A DNA stretch of 63,810 bases, counting the filler, from Lenisia limosa (Eukaryota; Protista; Breviatea): assembly GCA_001655205.1 (NCBI GenBank). It is 14 parts of 14 records of this genome, joined end to end, with 100 filler letters (N's around TTAATTAATTAA, not from the genome) between each part and the next. Parts side by side here need not be neighbours in the genome. Positions count along the whole stretch, not along the records: positions 30,305 to 31,517 come from LPNZ01002219.1; positions 31,618 to 32,730 come from LPNZ01000407.1; positions 32,831 to 36,465 come from LPNZ01001831.1; positions 36,566 to 39,246 come from LPNZ01007793.1; positions 39,347 to 41,512 come from LPNZ01008253.1; 9 more parts are not named here. The stretch is one strand, 5' to 3'. The notes under the pieces are model-generated. The model was not told the DNA's origin, did no database searches, and saw nothing but the letters and a program-made list of their open reading frames with translations. This document shows, one piece after another, positions 30,305 through 41,612 of the stretch. Made by a program: the position numbers and the translations under genes. Every line of letters begins with the position of its first letter. Position 1 is the stretch's first letter.

Positions 30305-31517
30305 AACGAAGATAAAGTGGTGTGATACACGTTCAATAGGTCATTCAATCTCCTTTGTGGGATCGTCATTATCACCAACTAAAACGTCAGCGTTACCACC
30401 ATTATGGTCCCTATTAACCGAATTAGACGTCCTCCTCAACTTTGAGCGGACAAACGCCTGCAATGGAAATCGCCGGTGTCACCAAAGTCTACTGTGGAAA
30501 GAAGGTCAAACATACTGCTGTTGACTCCATGAGTCTTGTGGGGAGGGAGTGGGGGGAGTAAAATTGGAAATTTTATGGGGGAAAAAATGAAAAAAAACAA
30601 ATCATCTCAGTTGGCTGACAACACACAATATGATAGTTTTTTTGCAGTACAGGCTCTCTAGAGACCTGGGGTAATGGGATTTGCGGATCAACATGTCAGC
30701 TCTAATACTTCATAGCTAGGGCTTCCCTACGGTCCGAAAAACACCGTTTATATTTCGATATTTATCGAGGATTTATCGAGATATTCAGTCTTTTTTGGGA
30801 CTGTAGGGAATGCCCTAGTCATAACACAATAAATATTTTTTTAGCAAGAAATACAATACAAATAAATAGATAGGGATATCACCTTGCATTACGTTACATG
30901 ATTTACATTTTCAGTCCGTCGGCCAGAACGAGCATCTTGCTCTCTTAGGCCCCAATGGCGCCGGAAAGGTGAGACTTGCCCGTTTTGGTAACTTACTCTT
31001 TTGGTTTTATGATTTTCACTTTTATTTTTTTTTCAAAAACAAAAACGGTGGTGTGCATTGATTAATTCACTTTCGGTTCCAAACAAACTGATAAAAAATC
31101 CATATTTTACCTGTTTTTATCAGAGTGACGCTCAAATTGCGGTATATATTTACGATTTTAGACGACATTGCTGTCGATGTTGACTGGATTCCTCAAGCCT
31201 ACCCAAGGCGTTATCAACGTTTTCGGCTCGGATTGCTGGTACCAGAGAAGCGTCACTCGCTCTGTGGGCTTCTATTTAGNNNNNNNNNNNNNNNNNNNNN
31301 NNNNNNNNNNNNNNNNNNNNNNNNNNNNNNNNNNNNNNNNNNNNNNNNNNNNNNNNNNNNNNNTGGGACCAACTGACTGTCAGTACGCGGGGGGTTAGTC
31401 CAGAGTATGGTGTAGTGGGGAGGCACGCAGAAAGCTGTGTGTACAGAATTGTAAGGCAAATGATTGGGTGAAATAAAATTTACTATAATCCAATATCTCT
31501 TATAATCGTGATGGTTT
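30305..31517 (+). CDS. ABCA-subfamily ABC transporter, nucleotide-binding domain fragment
   Basis: MEIAGVTKVYCGKKVKHTAVDSMSL|SVGQNEHLALLGPNGAGK|TTLLSMLTGFLKPTQGVINVFG, then WDQLTV. Confidence 0.87.
30719..30815. mobile_element. MITE family A, best-bounded copy (TA on both sides)
   Basis: cTA-gggcttccctacggtccgaaaaa ... ttttttgggactgtagggaatgccc-TAg, inside an ABCA intron. Confidence 0.85.
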
Positions 31518-32629
31518 NNNNNNNNNNNNNNNNNNNNNNNNNNNNNNNNNNNNNNNNNNNNTTAATTAATTAANNNNNNNNNNNNNNNNNNNNNNNNNNN
31601 NNNNNNNNNNNNNNNNNGTTGGCTAGGGGGTTAAAAACAAAAAAAGCCCAAGATGAGGGTTTGTGTGTGTGTGTGTGTGTGTCTAGGGTAAGTACAACAA
31701 CATAATTGGACCACCATTTCACCATGCCTACAAGAAAGCAGGTAAACTGGTTGTTATCTTCCAACTGGTGATTTCCTCGTCTAGTAGCCTTGATGTGACT
31801 CCTGTGTGTGTGAAGGAATAACGGGGAATGTTGAGTTAATATGGCGCATGTGTTTGCAATGTGTAGAAGGCTCTAATTATCATCACAAACCAGTTAACAG
31901 TTCGGCAGTTTCGGTGAAAAGAGACTCCTATGGGTGTGAGTGTGGAAAAAAGAAAGAAGAGGGTAATTTAAATAAAGCGGGAGTCTAATTAGTGGTGATT
32001 TTAGGGAAATTCTCCTTAAACCCCATCTAAGTAATGTAACATGAAATCAAAGCTGCTGTTAAACATTAGAAGAGAAGCAGAGAGGAAGAGAGAGAGAACC
32101 CTCCGTCTGTTGGGCTTATATTGAGATCCATGTTTCATTAATTTACTGATAAGCATTTTAAGATCAAAGAGCCCAGGCGATAGACTTCATGAGAAAAACT
32201 TAAGGATGATCAAAGCTACGTTTCTCTTAGATTGTCTTAGAATACTTACTTTTAACAAGAGGCTTGTCACCACGTCAGGACACTTTGATCCAGTTTTCAC
32301 TGAGATCTCATTAGTTCACTTCATACTACTTCCCTGCTATACCTACCCTCAATTATCACTATTTCTTGCTATTCCTACCCTCAATTATCACTACTTCCTA
32401 TTCTACCCAAGCTTAGCAGTGATTTAGAAAGGAAAAAAGAAGAAAATTGTTGCCTAAAACTGTCCACCCAGGCCCTAAACTAGTTTACAAAATGAATTGG
32501 ACTCCCGCTTTAAAGGTTGAGAGCTTCGCTCTGTTCCAGAAAGACGGATAGAATATCGCTATTTATCGAGGAATTATCGAGAACTTCAATTATTCGAACC
32601 AAAGTGATCTCATTATACGCATTTGCATC

Positions 32630-32730
32630 CCCCTCCCACCCTGGACTGGGTCGACCGCACCCTAAAGAACCCGGATACAGACGACCGGTTCACGCGGCCG
32701 AGGAACAGGTTCTTATCGAATGTGATGCGC
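32630..32730 (-). CDS. Exon fragment, possibly VTC/CYTH-like domain
   Basis: RITFDKNLFLGRVNRSS resembles the RITFDxNL motif of VTC-domain proteins; a single short exon at a contig end. Confidence 0.3.
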
Positions 32731-33089
32731 NNNNNNNNNNNNNNNNNNNNNNNNNNNNNNNNNNNNNNNNNNNNTTAATTAATTAANNNNNNNNNNNNNN
32801 NNNNNNNNNNNNNNNNNNNNNNNNNNNNNNACCGTGATCCGTCTTAATTTCCAGTGGTATCCTGTGTACAGTGACCGTGATCCGTCTTAACTATTAATCA
32901 GAAAATCGGTCAAGACTATTCATGGGCCCTGTATTGTTTTCCTTGTATCTCAAGTTTTGTACTGTTTACTACGAGCCTGTGCAATTAATTATTTTGACGA
33001 AATTAGTCCACAAAATTTGAAATTAAAGGGTCTGAAATTGAGTTACTTCAAAATATACTGCACTTGGAAGGCAATTATTTTTTCAATTA

Positions 33090-35510
33090 TTGAACGGAGC
33101 TCTCCTATTTACACTTTGCACAACGCCTCATACTGAAGGTCTTCGAAAACGATAGTTCGGACATTGACATCGTCAATCGTCATAACGTTGTTCTCCAGCA
33201 GGTCTACAATGTTATTGTTCAGCAAGAAAGCCCTGGATACCCACCTCAGGAAACAATAACAATTATAAACAGATACAATATATTATACTACTACTACCCC
33301 ACCATGAGAATAATTATATCCCTTTTGTAGCCCCCCCCCCCNNNNNNNNNNNNNNNNNNNNNNNNNNNNNNNNNNNNNNNNNNNNNNNNNNNNNNNNNNN
33401 NNNNNNNNNNNNNNNNNNNNNNNNNNTTCGTGGTACTCATATCGCAATTGGAGGGGTCATCTGGAATGTCAAATGAGACCAAGGAGAATGTAATCAATAA
33501 TATATTGTAGATATTATCGAGAATTTGTCAAAAAAAAATTCAGTCTTTTAAGCTCTACTCTTCTGAGATCATATTCAATTTAAATGAAATACATAACCAA
33601 TGGTAACCAGCAGTAATAAAGACGAATTTCATTATCAACTTGATAATTTCCCCTTACAGGTCCAGTGGTCCTCGAGACAAAGGAAGTCAACTGTGAGTTT
33701 GTCCAAAAATGGCATACCGGGAGGTACTTCTCTGAAGTCAAATTATACAAGGCAAGGAATCTGTGAATAACATGATGACATGACATATATGGCTTCTATG
33801 AGAAGGAAAAAGCCCGGTCGGATTGTTAAAGAAATTCAATCTTATTTCGGACCGTACGGCCATAATGGTATTTCTATGTTGAGTGACAATATTCAAGATG
33901 TTCTCTTGCTCTCAAAACAGCTTTGTTCCATTTCTTCTTCCCTTTACGTGGATATATCAAGAATGTAAGTTTAAATCAAAAGAAACTAACTTTGGAGGCT
34001 CCTGTTTGACAGAAACGTATGGCGAAGCGTAAGAGAGGGGCGTGACGCTGAAGTCGGACAAATAACACTCGTCAAGGGTGTACATGCCTGGAAGACAGAC
34101 CGAGAACCGATACTGAATACATAATTGGATATAAAGGGGGGCTACAATGTGATAATATATTATTGGTACAAATATGGTCATAAATTGTGTACACAATACC
34201 AATACCTCCTTTATGTATTCCAAAGATCACTCCCCCCAACAGTTGAACTTAGGTCCACAAGACCAAGGGGCTTGACTATGGCGTACTCAAAAACATTATC
34301 GGTTGAACTGTCCTTGGCAAGTTCGAGTGGAATAATAGGGCCTTCTTCGGGTATCATGTAAGTCTATAAACCATGAATGAAGTTCCAGAGCAGCTGAAAG
34401 GCAATAACTCAGAAGAGCAAAAGCCTGTAACTAATCGCTGAAAGACTTCGCTAAGGTTTGAAAAGACTGAAATATCGATATTTTCAGATTACTTAACGAG
34501 ATTCAGTTGTCAGATCGAAGAAAATCCCTATTTCCAACCCTCTAATACAGGTGACATATGAGCTAATACAGGTGACATATGAGCTAATAAAGGTGACATA
34601 TGAATATTTCCCATCAGGCTAATACAGGTGACATATGAATATTTCCAACCATCAGGCTAATACAGGTGACATATGAATATGGTTGTCATTCCAAATAATA
34701 CAGCACTGCATATTATACTGTAATATAGCTATATGATATATTACATATCCAAGCCAAGGTTTGCGCAAAACACCCAAGTGCCCATTTCCATCTTACAGCG
34801 GCTTCCAAAGTGTCAAGTGACTTATTCCCCAAATCCAAGTGCAGAAACAATGAGTCAAAGCTGGTCTCGATACCATAGTTGTAGCCATCCTGTGGTAAAT
34901 GAGTAGAGCCAAGAGCTCAAAGAATCACTCATAATCCCCATTTCATCCCTAATGTTCAGAAAAGCTGAATCATCATCGTGTTTATGGATAAGCAGAATCA
35001 TTGTGTTTATGGATAACATCTTACCCTCCAGAGTAGATGTTGTTAATACCAATGCAGGCCGCCACGTACCATATCAGTGGTGACGTTGGTGATAGTGAGG
35101 GACTTGTCAATGGTTCTTCTCACAAGAATCGGCTCCCTGGGCTGTCAAAAAGGAGAGCTGTTTTGTTCAATATGGGCTGCCTAAAATTTGTTTTGTTCAA
35201 TATGGGCTTCAAAAAAGAGACTATCTTACACCTTTACCCATCCACCCATTAACATACCCATCAAAGTACCACCCACCCACCCATTACCATATTACCTATC
35301 TAAGTACCACCCATCCACCCATAATCTATTTCAATTCTATCTCTCTCTCCTATTACACCTTTAATATATTCCCATCACTCCTCTCTTCTTCCCATACCCC
35401 TCTGTACACCCTCCCTACGTAATTCTCCAGTCGACCGCAATGAACATCATCAGTTCAAAAGGCGATTGGATCATGATGTTGATGAAGTAGTACTATAGAC
35501 ATTAGAAAAT
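33090..35510 (-). CDS. Multi-exon gene, unknown, probably membrane-associated
   Basis: Exons YYFINIMIQSPFELMMFIAVDWRIT, PREPILVRRTIDKSLTITNVTTDM, YMIPEEGPIIPLELAKDSSTDNVFEYAIVKPLGLVD, YRFSVCLPGMYTLDECYLSDFSV and AFLLNNNIVDLLENNVMTIDD. Confidence 0.5.
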
Positions 35511-36034
35511 ATAATTGATGCTGATGAAATACTGCTTCAATTTTTATAATATTCATGTGGAAATAATAATAGTGATTACTGGGGTTTGGCTTTCCCAACA
35601 TAGGCGCAAGAACAAGATTATTAATATTTGGCAATAGCGCTCAGTGGCAAAAAAGCTCAACAATATACATACATGGTAATGGATAAAAAAAGCACCTGGC
35701 CAAAGCCTTCAGCAAACTATACCAGGTTTTTAAGCATATTTTTCAATAAAGCAAAAGCAATAAAGTAAAAGAAAGAAGTTTAATAAAGGCAAAGACAAAA
35801 CCAAATCAAAAAAATAGGAAAAGACAAAAAAGAGTCTTAAATGCAGCAGTGTGTTTAATGATGGTTTTATTTCAGGTAAGAGGGATGTAAACAATGATAG
35901 CAACAACAGATTACATAATCGCATAATTGTAATATCGTAAATATGTTAAGAGACTATTTCAGTTCATCTGAGATTTAACAAAAAATATGAATAACAATTC
36001 CTCTTTTGACATATTTTTGAGCTACTTGTATACA

Positions 36035-36465
36035 ATGGTGAATACCAGAAGGAACAAGCGTGCTGCGTCTCCCACTCCCCCTCCTCCTCAAGAAGAAGAA
36101 AAGGCCAAGACTACTACGGCCAAGAAGAAGAAGAAGGTTACCACTATCACCAAGATCCCTCAAGAAGAAGTAGCTCAAGAAGAAGAAGACTCCTCTTCAG
36201 AACCTACCGACTCCGACATCGAGGCTCTTCCTCAGGCTCCAAGAAGGCTCGAGAAGATCCCTCGCCGCTCCGGTAAGAACTCATTTGTAATGCCATGTTT
36301 TCATGCCTTGAAATGCGACTGTTCATCCTTCCTAAGTGTTGGTGAGCTTACTGTTCAGACTTCGCGGCCGCTCCCATGACCTTGTCCCCAACTTCGGACA
36401 TCAATGCTCAGCTTTGCGAGCTTTTTGCTTCTGTAAGCTCCCTAACTGGATTAATTCTTGAGTTA
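36035..36465 (+). CDS. N-terminus of a K/E-rich, probably nuclear protein; 3'-truncated
   Basis: ATG at 36035: MVNTRRNKRAASPTPPPQEEEKAKTTTAKKKKKV...; strong codon bias; GTAAG donor. Confidence 0.6.
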
Positions 36466-36626
36466 NNNNNNNNNNNNNNNNNNNNNNNNNNNNNNNNNNN
36501 NNNNNNNNNTTAATTAATTAANNNNNNNNNNNNNNNNNNNNNNNNNNNNNNNNNNNNNNNNNNNNTTGATTTGGGCTTTATTTTTTTTGTTTCATAAACT
36601 TTCCATTATTACCCCATTTTGCAGGT

Positions 36627-39246
36627 TCCCTTCAGTGCTATGTTTGATGTGTGTGTGGAGCTGGCCTTATTCAACCCCAACAAGCCCTCCTTCGGCAGCC
36701 ACCCCTCTGGAAAGGGCCCAAAATGGGGCGCCCCTCTCGGTTGGTGGGCACTGTATAGGAGCTGAATCGTATATGATATGTATACTAGCTTTGGTATATT
36801 AAATATATACACTGACCGGAGGATAAGTCTTGACCGATTTGCTATGTGATTTCTCTATCGGTCTAGACTTATCCTGGTCAGTGTATTGGGAAGGGACGCA
36901 GAAACATGTGTGCACAGAGTTGTAAAGCAAATGATTGGGTGAATTAATACTATAATTCAATAAACGTGATTGTGTGGACGGCGTTGGCCAGATACAACCT
37001 TGTTTTTTTTTTTATTTCTCATTGCTCTCAATGATATCTACATGTATGATATTTATGTATTAGATATGACAAAAAAGAGTTTGACTTTGAAATCTTAGAA
37101 GAAGAAAATAACACCACAACTTACCATATTAGGATTCAACTTACCATATTAGGAAGGAACATCACCCGCGGCCGGGCTAAGGTTGCCCCCTTGTCTTCGG
37201 CGGCGAAGGTTGCCGCGTTTCTGCCCTGGGATAGGGACTTGTACGCCACTAGCGCGCTCGCTAGCGTACTGGAATATTGGAAGCAGGTGGGAGGGAGGTG
37301 GTGCAGTAAAGTCTCTATTGAAATTTGGATCATAATGATCGGGGGGATATTGTTAAATGAGCTTCCTTCCAAAACATATTTAGTTTGATTCCTGCTATAG
37401 CTTTTTTTTGTTTTGTTTTTTACCCAATATATTTGCTTTTCTTTTTTCAACCGATCCCAACAGATCCACGAATCCGGATCGGTTGAAAATATGTTCTAGA
37501 TCGGATCGGATCGGTTGGAAATTGGGGCTGGATCGGTTGGATCGGATAACCGAACTTGATCCGGTGATACATGTACAAATATTAGTATGGGGGGGGGGGG
37601 NNNNNNNNNNNNNNNNNNNNNNNNNNNNNNNNNNNNNNNNNNNNNNNNNNNNNNNNNNNNNNNNNNNNNNNNNNNNNNNNNNNNNNNNNNNNNNNNNNNN
37701 NNNNNNNNNNNNNNNNNNNNNNNNNNNNNNNNNNNNNNNNNNNNNNNNNNTTCTTGTGGAGTTCCCCCGTTTATTCGAGCTATGGACGGGCAAGATTGCT
37801 GATGTCAAGGTGGCAGGATAAAAAACAGTAATTAGCCCGAAGTCCAATTCTAAGTCCTAATCTTTAAATATGTACAGTGACCAGAAGAAGTCTTGACCTA
37901 TTTTCCGTTGGGAAATCACATAGATAATCGGTCTTATCCCAGTCACTGTATCATATATTTTTCTTTTATTGTTCAATAAGCTCTCTACTAAGCCCTAGTA
38001 AAAGCAGCTTCTCACCCAGCAGCTTGTGATACCCGAACCCGTCCCAATGCTGCCACCAGTTATACAGGAGGTGAGGGGGGGGGTCTATGAAAGGTTTTCT
38101 GTTTTGTTTCATAAACAATGCACTAACATATTCACGTAAATTCCCTAGTCAATCCCCTCACATTTCAGCCGAACGCTCCCCTCACTCAGGCCCCAATCTT
38201 CACACATCAAGCTGGTGAGAGAGGGGGGGGGAGTAAAACGAAGGAATTTCTATTGATATTTACTGTAAAGGCACTAATCACTCAAATTCCTTGCTCGATC
38301 TTCACTTCGTTTCGAAAAAGACTAATTTCTCGATAAATCCTCGAAAACTATCAATATTTTCCCGGGGTTTTTTGAACCAAAGTGAAGCCCTATTGGCAGA
38401 GAAAGGGTGATGGGAATAGGCTTTTTATTTAAACAAATGTGGCGGNNNNNNNNNNNNNNNNNNNNNNNNNNNNNNNNNNNNNNNNNNNNNNNNNNNNNNN
38501 NNNNNNNNNNNNNNNNNNNNNNNNNNNNNNNNNNACTACTCATTGTTGTTTTGATTTTGATTCGCTGGTCACCCTTTTTTTTCTCACGTTCTTAAGCTAC
38601 AATCCATGATGACGTCCCAACGTTCAACTGGCCTGAAACTGCAGAGGACTCCAACGTCAGCGTACGTCTTGTCACCCGATTCACCGCCCTTACCGTAGGG
38701 GGTCTTGTTTTTGGTGTTCGTCTTCTTTTTCTTTTTTCTTCTTTTTTTTTTCTTCTTCCATTTTTATCAAAAAAAAAACTCTTTTATTGAAACCTTCTTA
38801 CCAAATATGGAAGTGCACTTACCATATTAGGAAGAGGACGCCATGAACTACCGGCCAGCCACCCTGGTGGAGCCACCCTCAATGAAAGACGCGGCAATGC
38901 ACATCGCCAATGCTGCGTGGACCGAGGCCAAACCTGCTGTCCAGGAGGTATGCCTAAGACTTCCCTTCGGTCCCAAAAAAAATAAAATATCTCTATAATT
39001 CCTCGATAAATTCGATATTTTGACAGTCTTTTTCGGACCTCGTATGGCATTCTTGTAATTTCGAAAATGACATTCTATGATGATATTATGTTTGCTGACT
39101 TAATGAAATATGATTCGATAGACACACATCACACATCACACAACAATCATTATCAGAAAGGAGATCTCTTTCAGACCCCCCCAGGATCTTTTGTTTCATA
39201 TTTTTTTTTTGTTGTTGTTGTTTTTATGGGATGCGGTGCTGCAGAA
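36627..39246 (+). CDS. Internal part of a multi-exon gene, unknown function
   Basis: Exons VPFSAMFDVCVELALFNPNKP, RNITRGRAKVAPLSSAAKVAAFLPWDRDLY, LVIPEPVPMLPPVIQE, TIHDDVPTFNWPETAEDSNVSVRLVTRFTALT and EEDAMNYRPATLVEPPSMKDAAMHIANAAW, all with GT donors. Confidence 0.55.
36810..36883. mobile_element. MITE family D (74 bp, ~27-bp TIR, TA-flanked; Tc1/mariner-like ends)
   Basis: TA-cactgaccggaggataagtcttgaccgat ... atcggtctagacttatcctggtcagtg-TA. A second TA-flanked copy lies at 37875-37948; partial copies at ~28775 and ~32868. Confidence 0.85.
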
Positions 39247-39346
39247 NNNNNNNNNNNNNNNNNNNNNNNNNNNNNNNNNNNNNNNNNNNNTTAATTAATT
39301 AANNNNNNNNNNNNNNNNNNNNNNNNNNNNNNNNNNNNNNNNNNNN

Positions 39347-41130
39347 CAAAATCAGTATGAATAATGCGGATGGGGAAGGGTCGATTTAGCTTTACTGCTT
39401 GATAAGTAAAACCCACGAGATACGTGATCATTAAAACATACTCTTGTAAGTAATTCAATGATGGGGAGAAGAGTGTAGGTTACGAATGAATTTGAAGGTT
39501 TATGGACCCGGTATACAGTCATCAGAATCGTAACAGCAGCAATATACCCGCACCGCTCACTCATCAGTTGGCCCATGTGTGTAGCCAGCATTGTTTTGGC
39601 CTCGAGAGCGCGGCCGGCCGGTACACAAGATGGCGGCGACGCCAGCGTCTCGTTGGCCATTCGCACCAGACGCATGCCCAGGACCTCGAGGTTCGGCGTC
39701 TGGGGAGNNNNNNNNNNNNNNNNNNNNNNNNNNNNNNNNNNNNNNNNNNNNNNNNNNNNNNNNNNNNNNNNNNNNNNNNNNNNNNNNNNNNNNNNNNNNN
39801 NNNNNNNNNNNNNNNNNNNNNNNNNNNNNNNNNNNNNNNNNNNNNNNNNNNNNNNNCTGTTTGGAGAGCTGAATTGGAAAGCATTCATGAGGCTAACCAT
39901 ATGTGCATATGATCATATATAAACAGAGGCGAAGATTCGAACCTGGCAAAGAGTCTCGATGTTCCTGATGAAATCCGGGTAAACAGCAGGCCATCCGTGC
40001 AGAGCCATCATAACAATTGCTTCAGTGCCTTTAGAGAGCATTGCATCACCAAGGGTCTATGACGTGAGTACCAGGGTCTCAAATGGACTGAAAACGAGAT
40101 AATATCGGGGAGCTATTACATATCGTATGATAGTGTATTGATAGGGCCTTTGAAATATCCAATACAAGCATCCTTGGGGTTGATTGTGTATCCCAAAAAA
40201 AATCCAAAGTTTGTCTCAGACAAGGAGCATCAGGATGAAGCTGTCACACCATCACGCATATGATAGAGTTGTTTTTTTTCAAGCTCACAGTGATGTTGGA
40301 GGCGAGGTAGTTGAGAATGAAGTCCTTGCTTCGGAGCCTCTCTTCGTTGGCCATCTTTAGCCAGCTAAACCGTTCATAAGAGGCCAACTGTGTGTATTGA
40401 ACAAACTACATACATGTACATTAAAATACAATGCAGGCTATAAAACAACAACAAAAAAACCTTAATGTATTTGGTGCATATTACTGTCTTTCGAATAGAA
40501 TCGCAGGACAATTTGAAAAGAAAGGCAAAATTGTTACCATCGGCCAGCCACCCAATCTTGTCACCCAACGTCTACCCCCCCCCCCCNNNNNNNNNNNNNN
40601 NNNNNNNNNNNNNNNNNNNNNNNNNNNNNNNNNNNNNNNNNNNNNNNNNNNNNNNNNNNNNNNNNNNNNNNNNNNNNNNNNNNNNNNNNNNNNNNNNNNN
40701 NNNNNNNNNNNNNNNNNNNNNNNNNNNNNNNNNNNNNNNNNNNNNNNNNNNNNNNNNNNNNNNNNNNNNNNNNNNNNNNNNNNNNNNNNNNNNNNNNNNN
40801 NNNNNNNNNACAACACATGAGCAAATGCGAAGGTTTGAACCAAACAACTCTCTTGGGTACGCAGTTGAATGGCCCGAGGCAAGGAAGGGAGGGTAGGGTA
40901 TTCCTTTCTCATGATCTCAACGCCTTGTCATATGGTTTATGACTTTTTAGAACGTGCTTGCAAAGATGGGGGGGTAATTGTGTTAAACCATAAAAACTAC
41001 ACTATTGAAAATCCGCCTACGAATAATACCACGCCTCTCATTTGTGGTGCAGGTGTAGAACTCGGTTAGTAACGCGTCTAATTGTCTAATTTGGTCCTGG
41101 ATGTCATGAGACGTAAACAACAAAGGGTTC
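39347..41130 (-). CDS. XPO6: Exportin-6-like karyopherin, N-terminal part; 3'-truncated
   Basis: LDALLTEFYTCTTNER, WLKMANEERLRSKDFILNYL, HGWPAVYPDFIRNIETLCQ and VLGMRLVRMANETLASP align by eye with recalled XPO6 N-terminal segments (LESLMTEFFHDCTTNER; QDWPMFYHDFFTNI; LGLIMLKTTSEELACP). Confidence 0.8.
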
Positions 41131-41612
41131 TTAGTACTGCTTTCAGGTTGAACAAAATAAGTTTGGGGAAGACAATAATAGCAACGGATGGAATCCTAAC
41201 CGCCTTTCTAACCATTGAAGAGGTGTCCTATTCATATACCCCTTAACAAGTATATTTACTATTGAAACGCATGGAAAAGCTGATAATGAGAATTGCGCTC
41301 AATCCCCTCCCTTTACCCATTCTCCTCACCTCCATTATGCTTGGAAGGAAAAGAGGTAAGGAAAACGTTTACTGCTGTGTCGCCTGATCTCCGAAGTTTG
41401 ATCTGCCAAATACAGCCAAGTCCAGGGTCGTGCACCTCGGGAAACGGCTAGGAAGACAAGATCGTTGAGGACAAACGGTAAGATTATTTTAAAACGAACG
41501 TAGTAAATATATNNNNNNNNNNNNNNNNNNNNNNNNNNNNNNNNNNNNNNNNNNNNTTAATTAATTAANNNNNNNNNNNNNNNNNNNNNNNNNNNNNNNN
41601 NNNNNNNNNNNN

